Of a DNA stretch of 32,000 nt, positions 10,265 to 19,850 are shown one piece after another. Position 1 is the first letter of the stretch, and each line of letters opens with the position of its first letter. Made by a program: the position numbers and the translations under genes. The notes under the pieces were generated by a model, which saw only the letters and a program-made list of their open reading frames with translations, was not told where the DNA came from and did not search any database. This DNA is from Candidatus Kuenenia stuttgartensis (lineage in GTDB: Bacteria > Planctomycetota > Brocadiia > Brocadiales > Brocadiaceae). The stretch lies in NCBI RefSeq assembly GCF_900232105.1, contig NZ_LT934425.1:30001-62000 (forward strand). The letters run 5' to 3'.

Positions 10265-12361
10265 ATGGATGTTACCCAAATCTTTGGCACAAATGTCTTT
10301 AACGATGAAGTTATGAGGAAAAGGCTGCCAAAGGATACCTATCAACTGCTTAAAAAAACAATTGATAAAGAAATTCCTTTACCGCCGGAGGTCGCGGATG
10401 TTGTTGCAAGCGCTATGAAAGACTGGGCAATAGAGAGGGGCGCAACACATTATACCCACTGGTTTCAGCCTCTGACTGGAAGTACCGCCGAGAAGCATGA
10501 TTCTTTCATCTCGCAGACAACACAAGGCGGCATAATTATGGAATTTTCCGGCAAGCAACTTATCAAAGGAGAACCGGACGCATCGAGTTTCCCAAGCGGT
10601 GGGTTGCGCGCAACCTTTGAGGCTCGTGGATATACCGCTTGGGACTGCACCTCTCCTGCATTTTTAAAGGAAGACGGGCTTGGCGGCGTCACCCTCTGTA
10701 TTCCAACCGCTTTTTGTTCCTATACCGGTATGGCGCTTGACAAGAAAACGCCAATGCTTCGTTCCATGGCGGCTGTTTCAAAACAAGCGCTCCGCGTTTT
10801 AAGGGCATTGGGGAATAAAACCACAAATAAAGTTACCCCAACAGTCGGCGCAGAGCAGGAGTATTTCCTGGTTGATAAAAAATTCTTCGCGCAAAGATTA
10901 GATTTGATTGTAGCAGGAAGAACACTTTTTGGAGCTTCAGCCCCCAAAGGGCAGGAAATGGAAGACCATTACTTTGGTCAAATAAAGGATCGTATTGCCG
11001 AGTTTATGAAGGACCTTGATAAGGAGCTATGGAAACTTGGGGTCGCTTCTAAAACGAAACATAATGAAGTCGCCCCTTCTCAATTTGAAATGGCGCCGCT
11101 CTTTACATCGGCAAATATTGCGGCAGATCAAAATCAGCTTGTAATGGAGACGCTGCAGAAGGTTGCCATCAGGCATAACCTTGTATGCCTTTTGCATGAG
11201 AAACCCTATGCCGGTTTAAGTGGTTCAGGAAAACATACAAACTGGTCATTGTGTACTGATGACGGCATGAATTTGCTTGACCCCGGAACCACACCCCACG
11301 AGAACGCTCAGTTTTTACTTTTTCTCAGCGCACTGATAACGGCTGTTGACCGCCATGCGCACCTTTTGAGAAGATCAGCGGCAAATTCTGGCAATGACCA
11401 CCGCCTTGGCGCGAATGAGGCGCCGCCTGCGATTATTTCTGTCTTTATGGGACAGGAACTGACTGACATTTTAGAAGCAATTTCTAAGGGGAAAAAAGCG
11501 ACTTCAAAAGGCCTCACATCGATTGAGATAGGGGTAGATACCTTGCCGCCACTTCCGTTGGATAATTCTGACAGAAACCGAACGTCTCCCTTTGCGTTTA
11601 CCGGCAATAAATTTGAATTCCGTATGGTTGCGTCTTCCGCTTCCATTTCAGGGCCATGCGTTGTTTTAAATACCATTGTGGCGGAAGCGCTTGATGAAAT
11701 TGCCACCCGGCTTGAAAAAGCAAAGGATATAAACAAAGAAACCACACTCGTTATACGCGACGCCGTGCAGGAACATGGAAGGATTATTTTTAACGGGAAC
11801 AGTTATTCGGAAGAATGGATAAAAGAAGCGGAGAAAAGAGGATTGCCAAATATTCGTTCCACCGCAGAAGCGCTGAAAACGTTTGCGGAAAAAAAGGCAG
11901 TTGATTTGTTTAGAAAATACAAAGTACTTTCTAAAGAAGAGTTGCATTCACGGCGCGAGATTTATCTCGAACAGTATGCAAAACAGATTTGTATTGAGGC
12001 AAAAGCGGCGCTTGATATGGCAAGAAGTTTATATATTCCCGCAGTATTGACCTTTGTTAAAGAACTTGCGGAATCAATAGAAAAGCTGGAGACGATAAAA
12101 GGTTCTTCTGTTGTGCAAAGAGATTTGCTGACAAAGGTATCCACCCTTCTGGAGACGTCATACAAAAATGTTGAACAACTTGATACCGAACTGACAAAGA
12201 CGTATGAAATTGAGGATAGCGATAAACGTGCGGCTGCATGCCGTGATACGGTGGTTGCTACAATGAATGATTTGAGGCAAAACATCGACTCACTGGAAAA
12301 AATTGTCTCACGAAAATTGTGGCCGGTTCCTACCTATGCAGACCTTTTATTCAATTTGTAA
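10265..12361 (+). CDS. glnN: Type III glutamine synthetase (GSIII)
   Basis: 698 aa; [84 protein letters not shown]; typical GSIII length and motifs. Confidence 0.95.
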   Translation: MDVTQIFGTNVFNDEVMRKRLPKDTYQLLKKTIDKEIPLPPEVADVVASAMKDWAIERGATHYTHWFQPLTGSTAEKHDSFISQTTQGGIIMEFSGKQLIKGEPDASSFPSGGLRATFEARGYTAWDCTSPAFLKEDGLGGVTLCIPTAFCSYTGMALDKKTPMLRSMAAVSKQALRVLRALGNKTTNKVTPTVGAEQEYFLVDKKFFAQRLDLIVAGRTLFGASAPKGQEMEDHYFGQIKDRIAEFMKDLDKELWKLGVASKTKHNEVAPSQFEMAPLFTSANIAADQNQLVMETLQKVAIRHNLVCLLHEKPYAGLSGSGKHTNWSLCTDDGMNLLDPGTTPHENAQFLLFLSALITAVDRHAHLLRRSAANSGNDHRLGANEAPPAIISVFMGQELTDILEAISKGKKATSKGLTSIEIGVDTLPPLPLDNSDRNRTSPFAFTGNKFEFRMVASSASISGPCVVLNTIVAEALDEIATRLEKAKDINKETTLVIRDAVQEHGRIIFNGNSYSEEWIKEAEKRGLPNIRSTAEALKTFAEKKAVDLFRKYKVLSKEELHSRREIYLEQYAKQICIEAKAALDMARSLYIPAVLTFVKELAESIEKLETIKGSSVVQRDLLTKVSTLLETSYKNVEQLDTELTKTYEIEDSDKRAAACRDTVVATMNDLRQNIDSLEKIVSRKLWPVPTYADLLFNL

Positions 12362-12431
12362 TTTAATCGCAAAGATAAAATATTTTTGTAACAAACACAT
12401 CATTTCATACTAATAAAGGGGAATTACATCA

Positions 12432-13286
12432 ATGAGTAAGTTAATAAACAGTATAAAATCGTTTCGACGCCATGGGACGAAAATCATTTTGACACTGTCA
12501 CTTGTGGTATCTTTTATTTTACCTGCATATGCGCAGGAGAATCTGTGGAAGGAACTCAATGATAAAACTACCACACTTTTACAAGAGAAAAGATACGCCG
12601 ACGCAATAAAGTCAGGGGAAGATGCATTAAAGATTGCAAAGGAAACATTCCCGCCCGGCCATATCTCTATTGCAGCTTCAATGAACTTGCTTGGTATACT
12701 TTATAGAACCTACACCATGTATGACGAAGCCGAACCTCTTTTCAATCAGGCGCTGGATATTTATAGGGAAACAAATGGCACAGACCACCCTACGGTCGCT
12801 TACGTCCTGCAGGAATTGGCGGAAATGTTTCTCCTTCAGGACAACTATGCTAAAGCAGAGCCGCTTTACAAACAATCTCTTGGTATATATGAGAATGTCT
12901 CCGGACAGGACAATCCCGGCATAGTCAACATCCTGAACAGATTGGGAGAAATTTACCAACACCAGGAAAAATATGCCGACGCAATACTCTTTTACAAAAG
13001 GGCGTTGGCAATTGAAGTGGAAATCTTTGGCAACGACCACCCGGACGTTGCATCATCAATGAACAATCTTGCAACACTTTATTATCACAATGGAGAAAAC
13101 ACAAAAGCGGAGTCTCTTTATAAACAGGCGCTGGAAATATATGAAAATGAATACGGCGCAGACCATCCCTTAGTTGCAACCATACTGGAAAATATGGCAG
13201 TTTTTTACGAGGGAACCGGAAAAAAAGAAGCTGCAAAACAACTACATGACAGGGCAAAAAAGATTTATTCCAATTACCGGAAATGA
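12432..13286 (+). CDS. Tetratricopeptide-repeat protein, exported
   Basis: 284 aa, signal-peptide-like N-terminus, several repeats of the type NNLATLYYHNGENTKAESLYKQALEIYENEYGADHPLVAT. Confidence 0.88.
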   Translation: MSKLINSIKSFRRHGTKIILTLSLVVSFILPAYAQENLWKELNDKTTTLLQEKRYADAIKSGEDALKIAKETFPPGHISIAASMNLLGILYRTYTMYDEAEPLFNQALDIYRETNGTDHPTVAYVLQELAEMFLLQDNYAKAEPLYKQSLGIYENVSGQDNPGIVNILNRLGEIYQHQEKYADAILFYKRALAIEVEIFGNDHPDVASSMNNLATLYYHNGENTKAESLYKQALEIYENEYGADHPLVATILENMAVFYEGTGKKEAAKQLHDRAKKIYSNYRK

Positions 13287-13307
13287 AATGCAACACGAAT
13301 GTTTTGA

Positions 13308-14239
13308 ATGGATGATGCAATGAATATCAATGCAAGCATTATTGACCAAAGGGTTGCGGGCATCATTGAAGACCATACGGATTGGCTACCGACCGGAAGC
13401 GACATTAACAAAAAGGGGTCTTCTGCATTTGTGCTACTGTGCATGTCAACATGTCTTGATATTCCCACGGAGGAGACCGCCGAATTGCTCACCGAAGGCG
13501 GAAATGATGCCGGGGTTGACGGTCTTCATGTGGGTGAGGTTGATTTCATCCATTTTAATCACGATTCGATTGTTCACATCTTCCAACGAAGCAGAAGGTG
13601 GACGCCAGCCTGACCTTGAACTGCCAAGCCATTGTGGAGGACATGAATTACATGCGCGTGCTGGTGGGCCGCGTTTCTGTTCAAGAGATTCACCGCATAT
13701 TTAATTACCACGGTGATAAACTGCTGGAGCGTAATATTCGCCGCTATCTCGGACTTCACACCAGCCGGGTAAACACCGCAATCCACGAAACGCTGTGCGA
13801 TCCTCAGAAGTCGGACAAATTCTACTTTTACAACAACGGCATTACCGTGGTCTGTGAAAAATTTGATTACAACGCATTTCAGAAATTTGACTACAAGGTG
13901 CAAATCAAGAATATGCAGGTGATTAACGGCGGCCAGACCTGCAAGACTATTCAGAAAACACTGAATAAGCGGTCGTTGTTTCCCAATATGATCGGCGAAT
14001 CCGCCTATGTGATGATTCGTATCTATCAAATTTCCTATGAGGAAGCAGTAGATAAGGAGTATGAGAAGCACTACGACTTTCAATCAGAAGCCGTCCGTGC
14101 CGGGTTCGGGAAATCCTGGCAGGAACGCGACTATAACATCATCGTCGCCGTGGCTGACAATATCCCCAACAACGTCCTCGAAGAAGATCCCAAGCTGCTC
14201 ATGTGGTACGACCAGGCGGTAACCAGGATGGGAGATTGA
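13308..14239 (+). pseudogene. Degenerate AIPR (abortive-infection/phage-resistance) family gene
   Basis: Two out-of-frame pieces: 13308-13613 (INASIIDQRVAGIIEDHTDWLPTGSDINKKGSSAFVLLCMSTCLDIPTEETAELLTEGGNDAGVDGLHVGEVD) and about 13598-14239 (...LNCQAIVEDMNYMRVLVGRVSVQEIHRIFNYHGDKLLERNIRRYLGLHTSRVNTAIHETLCDPQKSDKFYFYNNGITVVCEKF...INGGQTCKTIQKTL). The central segment appears to be missing. Confidence 0.72.
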
Positions 14240-14246
14240 ACCACGA

Positions 14247-16082
14247 ATGGACAAGAATGAACACGAATTCATTTCGCTGGTTGATCTTGGCATGGCCTAT
14301 CGCAAAGCAAAGGCTGACCTTTTTTATTCTCCTAGGGCATGCAGGAAAGCTTTGTCTGCTTTAGAGTTAAGACTATCGAAGAAGCTCGTGGCACTTCAAA
14401 ATAAGCTTACTAAAGGAGAAGCACCGTCTGTTTCAAGCCAAAAGTGGACACTGGTTCCTAAAGAGATTAAATACGAAGAATTTAAAACAGAACAGATCAG
14501 TTCTGATCCACAACACCTTTGGGACTCAATCTGCAAACATGAGAACGTTAATTCGAGGAAAGTACAGGCGGAATTCCGGCTGATGGAGAAGCTGTCTATC
14601 GAATTTCATGTTTTTGCAGCACTCTGGATTAACAAAATCGGTCATAAGTTTGAAGCTAAACTAACGACCTCCGCTCGAGGAAATCGTCTCCGGCGGAACA
14701 AAAACGGCAAAATCAACACCCTTTCGCTTGGTTCAACCGTTCCTTACTTGTATGCTTACTGCAAATGGCGCGACGATGCCTTCGTTGCCATGGAGAATGC
14801 CTTGGAGCATGAAAAGTCGGTAGTCGCTATTACCGCCGATGTCACCTCTTTTTACCATAAACTCGATGTCCGCTTCATGCTCAATGATCACTTTATTAAG
14901 CGGATCGGTGTTGAGCTGGATAATGATGAAAAGAAGCTCCATTCCCTGTTCATCACTGCGCTTTATCAATGGGCAAAAAAAACTCCTCTCAAACGAGGGC
15001 TGCCCGTTGGTCTTACAGCATCTTCGGTCATTGCCAATGTGGCGTTGTTTGAACTGGACGGGCTTTTCGAGCGTGAAATTGTGCCGCTGTATTACGGACG
15101 TTATGTAGATGACATCATTCTTGTCATGGAAAACGGGGCGAATTTCAAGAGATCCGTCGAGATATGGGATTGGCTAGTTGCGCGTATGGATAAAGCGTTG
15201 AGATGGAAAGATGAAAAAGACAAAAAGGAGTTGCAATACACTCAGCCATATCTTGATGGCAGCGAAATCATCTTTGCCAACAAAAAGAATAAAACATTCC
15301 TGCTTTCAGGTGCGAGTGGTCTTTCCGTGCTGAAATCCATTCAGCATGAGGTTCAGATTCGTACCAGTGAGTGGCGCGCATTGCCCGCTCTACCTGGCAA
15401 CAGCACCCAATTGGAATCCATGCTACTGACCGCGATTCAAAGAGATGGCATCTCGGCCGATAGTCTGCGTAAAGCTGATAAAGTTTCGGTGCGGCGCGCC
15501 GGTTTTGCGCTCAAGCTGCGAGATATCGAGGCCTATGCACGAGCACTGTCCCCTGATAAATGGCAAAAACAACGTCACTCGTTTCTAACCGCCTTTATCC
15601 GCCATGTTCTGGTGCTGCCGACCTTCTTTGATTTCTACAACTACCTGTCACGCATACTGATGCTTGCGGTTAGCTGTGGCGATTTCGCCCATCTGCGCAA
15701 GATGCTGGATGCCTTGGAAAAGATATTGATGCAACTGGAAGACTGCGATATAAGTATCAAGGCGCAACCGAAGAGCAGGTCACGAATAGAGAAACCCATA
15801 TCTCTAGTATCGGAACACTTCCAAAAAAAGCTGAAGACAATCTTCTGTAAAAATCTGAAGACAATCATCTGTGAGTCCATCGAATGCGCTTATCCGTTGC
15901 GGCTGACCCGGGAATCGAAGACACTTTGGAGTACACATTTTGATGAGAATCATGATCTCTATATACCTCAGCCATTTCGAAAGATTCAGGCACGGCACCA
16001 GCGATACCTGAAGCAGGACCTGGCGCACAGTCCACTGAAAACATGTTTGTTGCAACCCGCTGCTAAGCCCCACAATAAATGA
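14247..16082 (+). CDS. Reverse transcriptase of the defence-associated/unknown-group type (C-terminus replaced by transposon end)
   Basis: RT motifs AITADVTSFYHKLD, RGLPVGLTASSVIANVALFELD, YYGRYVDDIILVME. The ORF runs into the transposon terminus at 16061 and stops in it (last residues AAKPHNK are transposon-derived). The first residues MDKNEHEF come from a low-complexity 'cacgaatggacaagaatgaacacgaa' segment, so the native start is uncertain. Confidence 0.78.
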   Translation: MDKNEHEFISLVDLGMAYRKAKADLFYSPRACRKALSALELRLSKKLVALQNKLTKGEAPSVSSQKWTLVPKEIKYEEFKTEQISSDPQHLWDSICKHENVNSRKVQAEFRLMEKLSIEFHVFAALWINKIGHKFEAKLTTSARGNRLRRNKNGKINTLSLGSTVPYLYAYCKWRDDAFVAMENALEHEKSVVAITADVTSFYHKLDVRFMLNDHFIKRIGVELDNDEKKLHSLFITALYQWAKKTPLKRGLPVGLTASSVIANVALFELDGLFEREIVPLYYGRYVDDIILVMENGANFKRSVEIWDWLVARMDKALRWKDEKDKKELQYTQPYLDGSEIIFANKKNKTFLLSGASGLSVLKSIQHEVQIRTSEWRALPALPGNSTQLESMLLTAIQRDGISADSLRKADKVSVRRAGFALKLRDIEAYARALSPDKWQKQRHSFLTAFIRHVLVLPTFFDFYNYLSRILMLAVSCGDFAHLRKMLDALEKILMQLEDCDISIKAQPKSRSRIEKPISLVSEHFQKKLKTIFCKNLKTIICESIECAYPLRLTRESKTLWSTHFDENHDLYIPQPFRKIQARHQRYLKQDLAHSPLKTCLLQPAAKPHNK

Positions 16083-16098
16083 ACCTGGAATTCTCAGA

Positions 16099-16401
16099 TT
16101 AAGTGGAATTAATATATTGAGGTAAAACGGATTTTAGCAGATAGACAGCATCTGGGAAAGAGGAGTTGGAATCTACCATGACGATGTCGATGGTATTAAA
16201 GTTTTTTTTACAACGGAAACACCTGGCGAGGTTCGTATTTGGGTTGGTGGCGGAATTAAATTCAGAACAGAGAGGGCAGAGGAAGCGGAAATAGCCTTCG
16301 GAGTATTTATGAGGTATGGAGAGGACATCAGCGATGAGTCGATCGATGGGGATATCGTTTCGTAATGAGCGCAAGAGTTGAGGGGAAAAGAGACGGGCCA
16401 T
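16099..16401 (-). CDS. Small CHC2/DnaG-like zinc-finger protein of transposon copy 1
   Basis: 100 aa; GYFRFLCPLCSEFNSATNPNTNLARCFRCKKNFNTIDIVMV: Cys pairs arranged like the DnaG-type zinc finger. Confidence 0.6.
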   Translation of the reverse strand: MARLFSPQLLRSLRNDIPIDRLIADVLSIPHKYSEGYFRFLCPLCSEFNSATNPNTNLARCFRCKKNFNTIDIVMVDSNSSFPDAVYLLKSVLPQYINST

Positions 16402-16412
16402 GGTAGACCTCC

Positions 16413-17204
16413 TTAAAAAGATTGAATTTCAGCAAGAGCCTGATGGAAGATATCCTGGGTAATTTTCTGTGATTGTCTGATGGAAGCGTTAATCAGGCAG
16501 GCGGTGGAAATGGCGTTGATTTGCCTTGGGATGCCGGCGGAGAACTCATGGATCAGGTCTTTGACGTCTGAGTCAAAGATTTTATCGGATGCGCCGGAAG
16601 ATTTCAGATGGAAGTCTATGTATGCAGCGGTTTGAGTTTTAGTAAGGGGATGAATGTGGTAATGTACCGAGATGCGTTGTGCGAAGTCGGCATGGATGTC
16701 TCTTTTGAGGATATATTTGAGGTGTTCCTGTCCCGAGAGGATGATTTTGAGATGAGTGGAAGAATCAAGCGGAGAGCTGACAAGGAGTCTGAGGTCTGTG
16801 ATGGCGTCGGTTTTCAGGAGATGAGCCTCGTCGATAACGATAATGGGAGTGAGATTTGAGCGCAAGGATTTATCCATAATTTGGAGGAAGAGCCGGTCTT
16901 TGGTGTGTTTTGGTATTTCACCGAGCTGGGAGACGATTAAGGAGAGAAGGCTGGATGATTTTAGGTGGGTAAAATGGAGGTAGATGGGGAGAAACAGGTT
17001 TTGGGGGATTTGTGAGAGGAAGAGTTTGAGGAGTGTGGATTTTCCGACTCCCGTCTGTCCGTAGAGGACGGCGATAGAGCCTGAGTGTAAGAGGTATTGG
17101 AGTCGTGCAAGCCCCTGGGTAAAGCGTTCGTCTTTCATGATAAGGCTGGTGTTGATTCTTTCAGAGAACGGCTGAGTAGTCATGGAAAAATGAGAAGTAA
17201 ACAT
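16413..17204 (-). CDS. AAA family ATPase, ExeA/TniB/MuB-like transposition helper (copy 1)
   Basis: 263 aa; FTQGLARLQYLLHSGSIAVLYGQTGVGKSTLLKLF (Walker A), LTPIIVIDEAHLL (Walker B), STHLKIILSGQEHL, GIPRQINAISTACLINA. Confidence 0.85.
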   Translation of the reverse strand: MFTSHFSMTTQPFSERINTSLIMKDERFTQGLARLQYLLHSGSIAVLYGQTGVGKSTLLKLFLSQIPQNLFLPIYLHFTHLKSSSLLSLIVSQLGEIPKHTKDRLFLQIMDKSLRSNLTPIIVIDEAHLLKTDAITDLRLLVSSPLDSSTHLKIILSGQEHLKYILKRDIHADFAQRISVHYHIHPLTKTQTAAYIDFHLKSSGASDKIFDSDVKDLIHEFSAGIPRQINAISTACLINASIRQSQKITQDIFHQALAEIQSF

Positions 17205-17206
17205 GG

Positions 17207-18767
17207 TTAAGAGACCTCCTTTTTCGAGTAAGCGATTTGTAATTCACGAATGATATAGGGTAAGGTTTTCACGGAGGCATTTTGGAATGCCTCCGTGAGC
17301 AATGATTCGTTGAGAGCGGGGATACGGTTGTAGCATTTTTTAAGCGATTCGAGTTCATGAGAGCTGAAGGCGGAGAGAGAGCCTTTGTGTCCCATGAGGA
17401 GTGCGAGTTTCTGGACGAATGCCATGAATGGCCAGGGTCGTTCGGAGATGATTTGGTGGTAATCAATGCCTTTGGCCTGAGCCTGGAGAATGGATTTGTG
17501 TTTCTGAGTGATAGGGTCGAGGTAATTATGTTTTGGTTTTGAAGGTGAGGCGGCTGGAGTTTCAGCGCCCTGGTCGCGCAGGTAGAGATTTCCCGAGCCG
17601 AGGTATTCACCGTTTGCGGAATAGATCAAGACCTTTTTGAGATCGCCGTATGGGTCGTAACGGACTTCTACTTTATCGCCTCTGAGTTTGGGGTCAACAC
17701 GGTAAAAGCGGTTATCAATGCGGACATCGGCAAAGGTTCTGTCAACGGTTCTGGGGATGCGTTTCATGAAGAAGGCAAGAGCGGCGTCCATATCGACGTG
17801 TCGGATGACGGTAAGCCCCTCGTCGTAGCGTTGTTTTGGAGATTGATTGGTTTCGGAGTGGATTCTTGCGTGATAGACAACGGCAAGGTAAGCGGAGAAG
17901 GCCTGGTTAATGGCATCAAGGGTGATAATGTCGCCGGAGCGGACTTCCGACTCGAACTGTGTCTGGCTGGTGCCGAAGAAACGTTCGACCAGTCCGCCGG
18001 GAGCAGGGTCGCGTGGTGGTCTGTGGATGAGTTTAATGCCGAGGTTGTAACAGGCAGAGCGCAGGGCGTCAGAGTGGTAGACCTTGGCATTGTCGAGGTA
18101 GAGTTCTTTGGGCGAGCCGTGGATAGTCCAGGCCCTGATGAGAGAATCGATAAGGATATCGAGGGTTTGTTTGAGATAATACCGTCCTTCGACCACATAA
18201 CGGCTGTAGCAGTCGATAAAGAGACAGAGGTTTGTGGGAAGCGCCTCGCCGTCAACGAGCACGAAAGGGCCTTCCTGGAAGTCGCCAATCCAGAGGTCGT
18301 GGGTATGCTCACGGCTAAGAGCGTATACGCACCTTTTGCTGTGAGACGCCGAGTTTGAGCCGGGTCGCCCCTGCGAGTCTGAGATGGCGGTAGAGGGTGG
18401 ATTTGGGGATCGTTTTCCCATAGTATTTCTCAAGAAAGCGGTTGAGGCAATCGTCGCTGCGGCGTGGTTGTTCTTTTTTGAGTTCAACGGCTTTGTCGAT
18501 AATTTCAGGAGAAAACCTTCTGGATGCGCCACGGTCGCTCCTCGCCTTTCTTGCAAGAGATTGAAATCCATCTTTGCGGTAGCGGTTGAGTTTTCTCCTG
18601 AGGGTAGAGATAGTGGGTCTTTTCCGCTTTCCGTTGGGGAATACGACCTCCTGAAGGCAGAGTTTTTTCAGAAAAAGGTTGGTCTGCTCCTTCTCAATCT
18701 CACCGAAGATGACAGGATGCAGAAGATTGCACCAGAATAAAGCCCATTTTTCGTCTTTCGATTTCAT
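17207..18767 (-). CDS. DDE (rve/Mu-like) transposase of copy 1, in two reading frames (18767-18315 and 18571-17207)
   Basis: N-terminal HTH part (LRRKLNRYRKDGFQSLARKARSDRGASRRFSPEIIDKAVELKKEQPRRSDDCLNRFLEKYY...LRLAGATRLKLGVSQQKVR) continues in the +1 frame as SREHTHDLWIGDFQEGPFVLVDGEALPTNLCLFIDCYSRYVV...ELYLDNAKVYHSDALRSACYNLGIKLIHRPPRDPAPGGLVERFFG (DD...E catalytic core). Confidence 0.87.
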
Positions 18768-18805
18768 AATTCACCTCCTTTTTTAAGTGTGGAGGTGATT
18801 GTAAC

Positions 18806-19444
18806 TCAAGACCAGCCGCTTTTTGTTGCCAGTTCGGGGAAAAATGAATGCCCAAAAATTCGGTGATATTCCGGCTCGGCGCTGAACAATTGAATCGATT
18901 GATCGAGGGAGGTTTTTCGTTGTTTGCTTTTATACTTTCCGTGGTAAATGGGAAACATTTGGCGAAAAACCGGAGAGTTGGGGTCGGCCTGCCTGATGAG
19001 GTCAAAGGCGTTGCGGAGTGTGTATTTCAGTGAGCCAAAGAAACGCAGCCACCTCCAAACGGTTGACCAGGCAAGCATGCGGTTGTCTATTTCCTGTGTT
19101 CGGGTAGTATATCCGATGGCAGAGGAGACACTCCGGTAGGTTTCTGTATCATCTTTGACATAAGCCTGACTGAAGGAGAGACAGTGATCCTTTACGTACC
19201 GCTTGTAAGGGAGCGCATACTCAGGATAGGAAGTAAACGTCTTCTTGCACAAGGAACATTTCCAACGTCCCAGGAAAGATTCTATCGTATGAACAAGGGA
19301 GTCGATAATAACGTGAAACAACCGATATCTGCATTCATGAAGGGTGAAATTGACATGGGTACTCTTGCACTTTGGACAAAAGCATGGCTTCTGTTTTGTC
19401 GCAATAAGCTTTTCATGCTTGTGGATTTTTTCTATAATATTCAC
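18806..19444 (-). CDS. Zinc-ribbon protein (DUF6431-like) of copy 1
   Basis: 212 aa; CFCPKCKSTHVNFTLHECRYRLFHVII...GRWKCSLCKKTFTSYPEYALPYKRYV. Confidence 0.6.
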   Translation of the reverse strand: MNIIEKIHKHEKLIATKQKPCFCPKCKSTHVNFTLHECRYRLFHVIIDSLVHTIESFLGRWKCSLCKKTFTSYPEYALPYKRYVKDHCLSFSQAYVKDDTETYRSVSSAIGYTTRTQEIDNRMLAWSTVWRWLRFFGSLKYTLRNAFDLIRQADPNSPVFRQMFPIYHGKYKSKQRKTSLDQSIQLFSAEPEYHRIFGHSFFPELATKSGWS

Positions 19445-19850
19445 GCACTGCCTCCTTTGTATAGAGGGGAAATGGGCAGGAGGATGAAGTTTCCCAACGT
19501 TCGGTCCTCCTGCCCTGAGTTTTTTATGTTCCGGAAAAATCTTACAAAACTTGTCCTCGTGAAAACGGGGAACTGGGAAGTAAACCGCCGTTAGGAAGTT
19601 TGGAAGTGGTTTTAACCTCTTCCAAACTATTTAATGAGGCTTTACTCCGCCTTACGGACGGAACTTCTTTCTAACGGGGTAAACGATGTATTTTTCTTAA
19701 CGTGAACAAAAAATCAAGTGAAATACTTACGCAGGATAAAAAAAAGGCGGGGTAGCTGGGTAAGATTTTTCAAATCATTTGCTGGGTATTAGACTCAAAT
19801 ATTCTGAGACTAATTGGGCATTTTTGGAGCATTTATTCTAAGACGTAGCA

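Larger units (their letters stand above)
16061..19850 (-). mobile_element. Transposon copy 1 (3,790 bp), gene order on minus strand: zinc-ribbon protein, DDE transposase (frameshifted), AAA ATPase, CHC2-like zinc finger
   Basis: Ends TGCTAAGCCCCACAATAAATGAACC (16061-16085, +) and TGCTACGTCTTAGAATAAATGCTCC (19850-19826, -), 18/25 matching. Same-length inverted copy at 21155-24944 (all ORF coordinates sum to 41005, i.e. no net indel). Confidence 0.9.

Noticed and set aside
14247-16082. Retron or diversity-generating retroelement interpretation of the RT
   Set aside because: No template/variable repeat pair or msr/msd-like sequence was noticed by eye, and the protein's length and C-terminal region do not look like a retron RT. 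A covariance or repeat search would be needed to be certain.
17269-18358. Additional ORFs of 113, 182 and 186 aa overlapping the transposase (mirror set at 22647-23736)
   Set aside because: Ser/Thr/Pro-rich or antisense translations of the transposase gene. Their presence in both copies only reflects DNA duplication.
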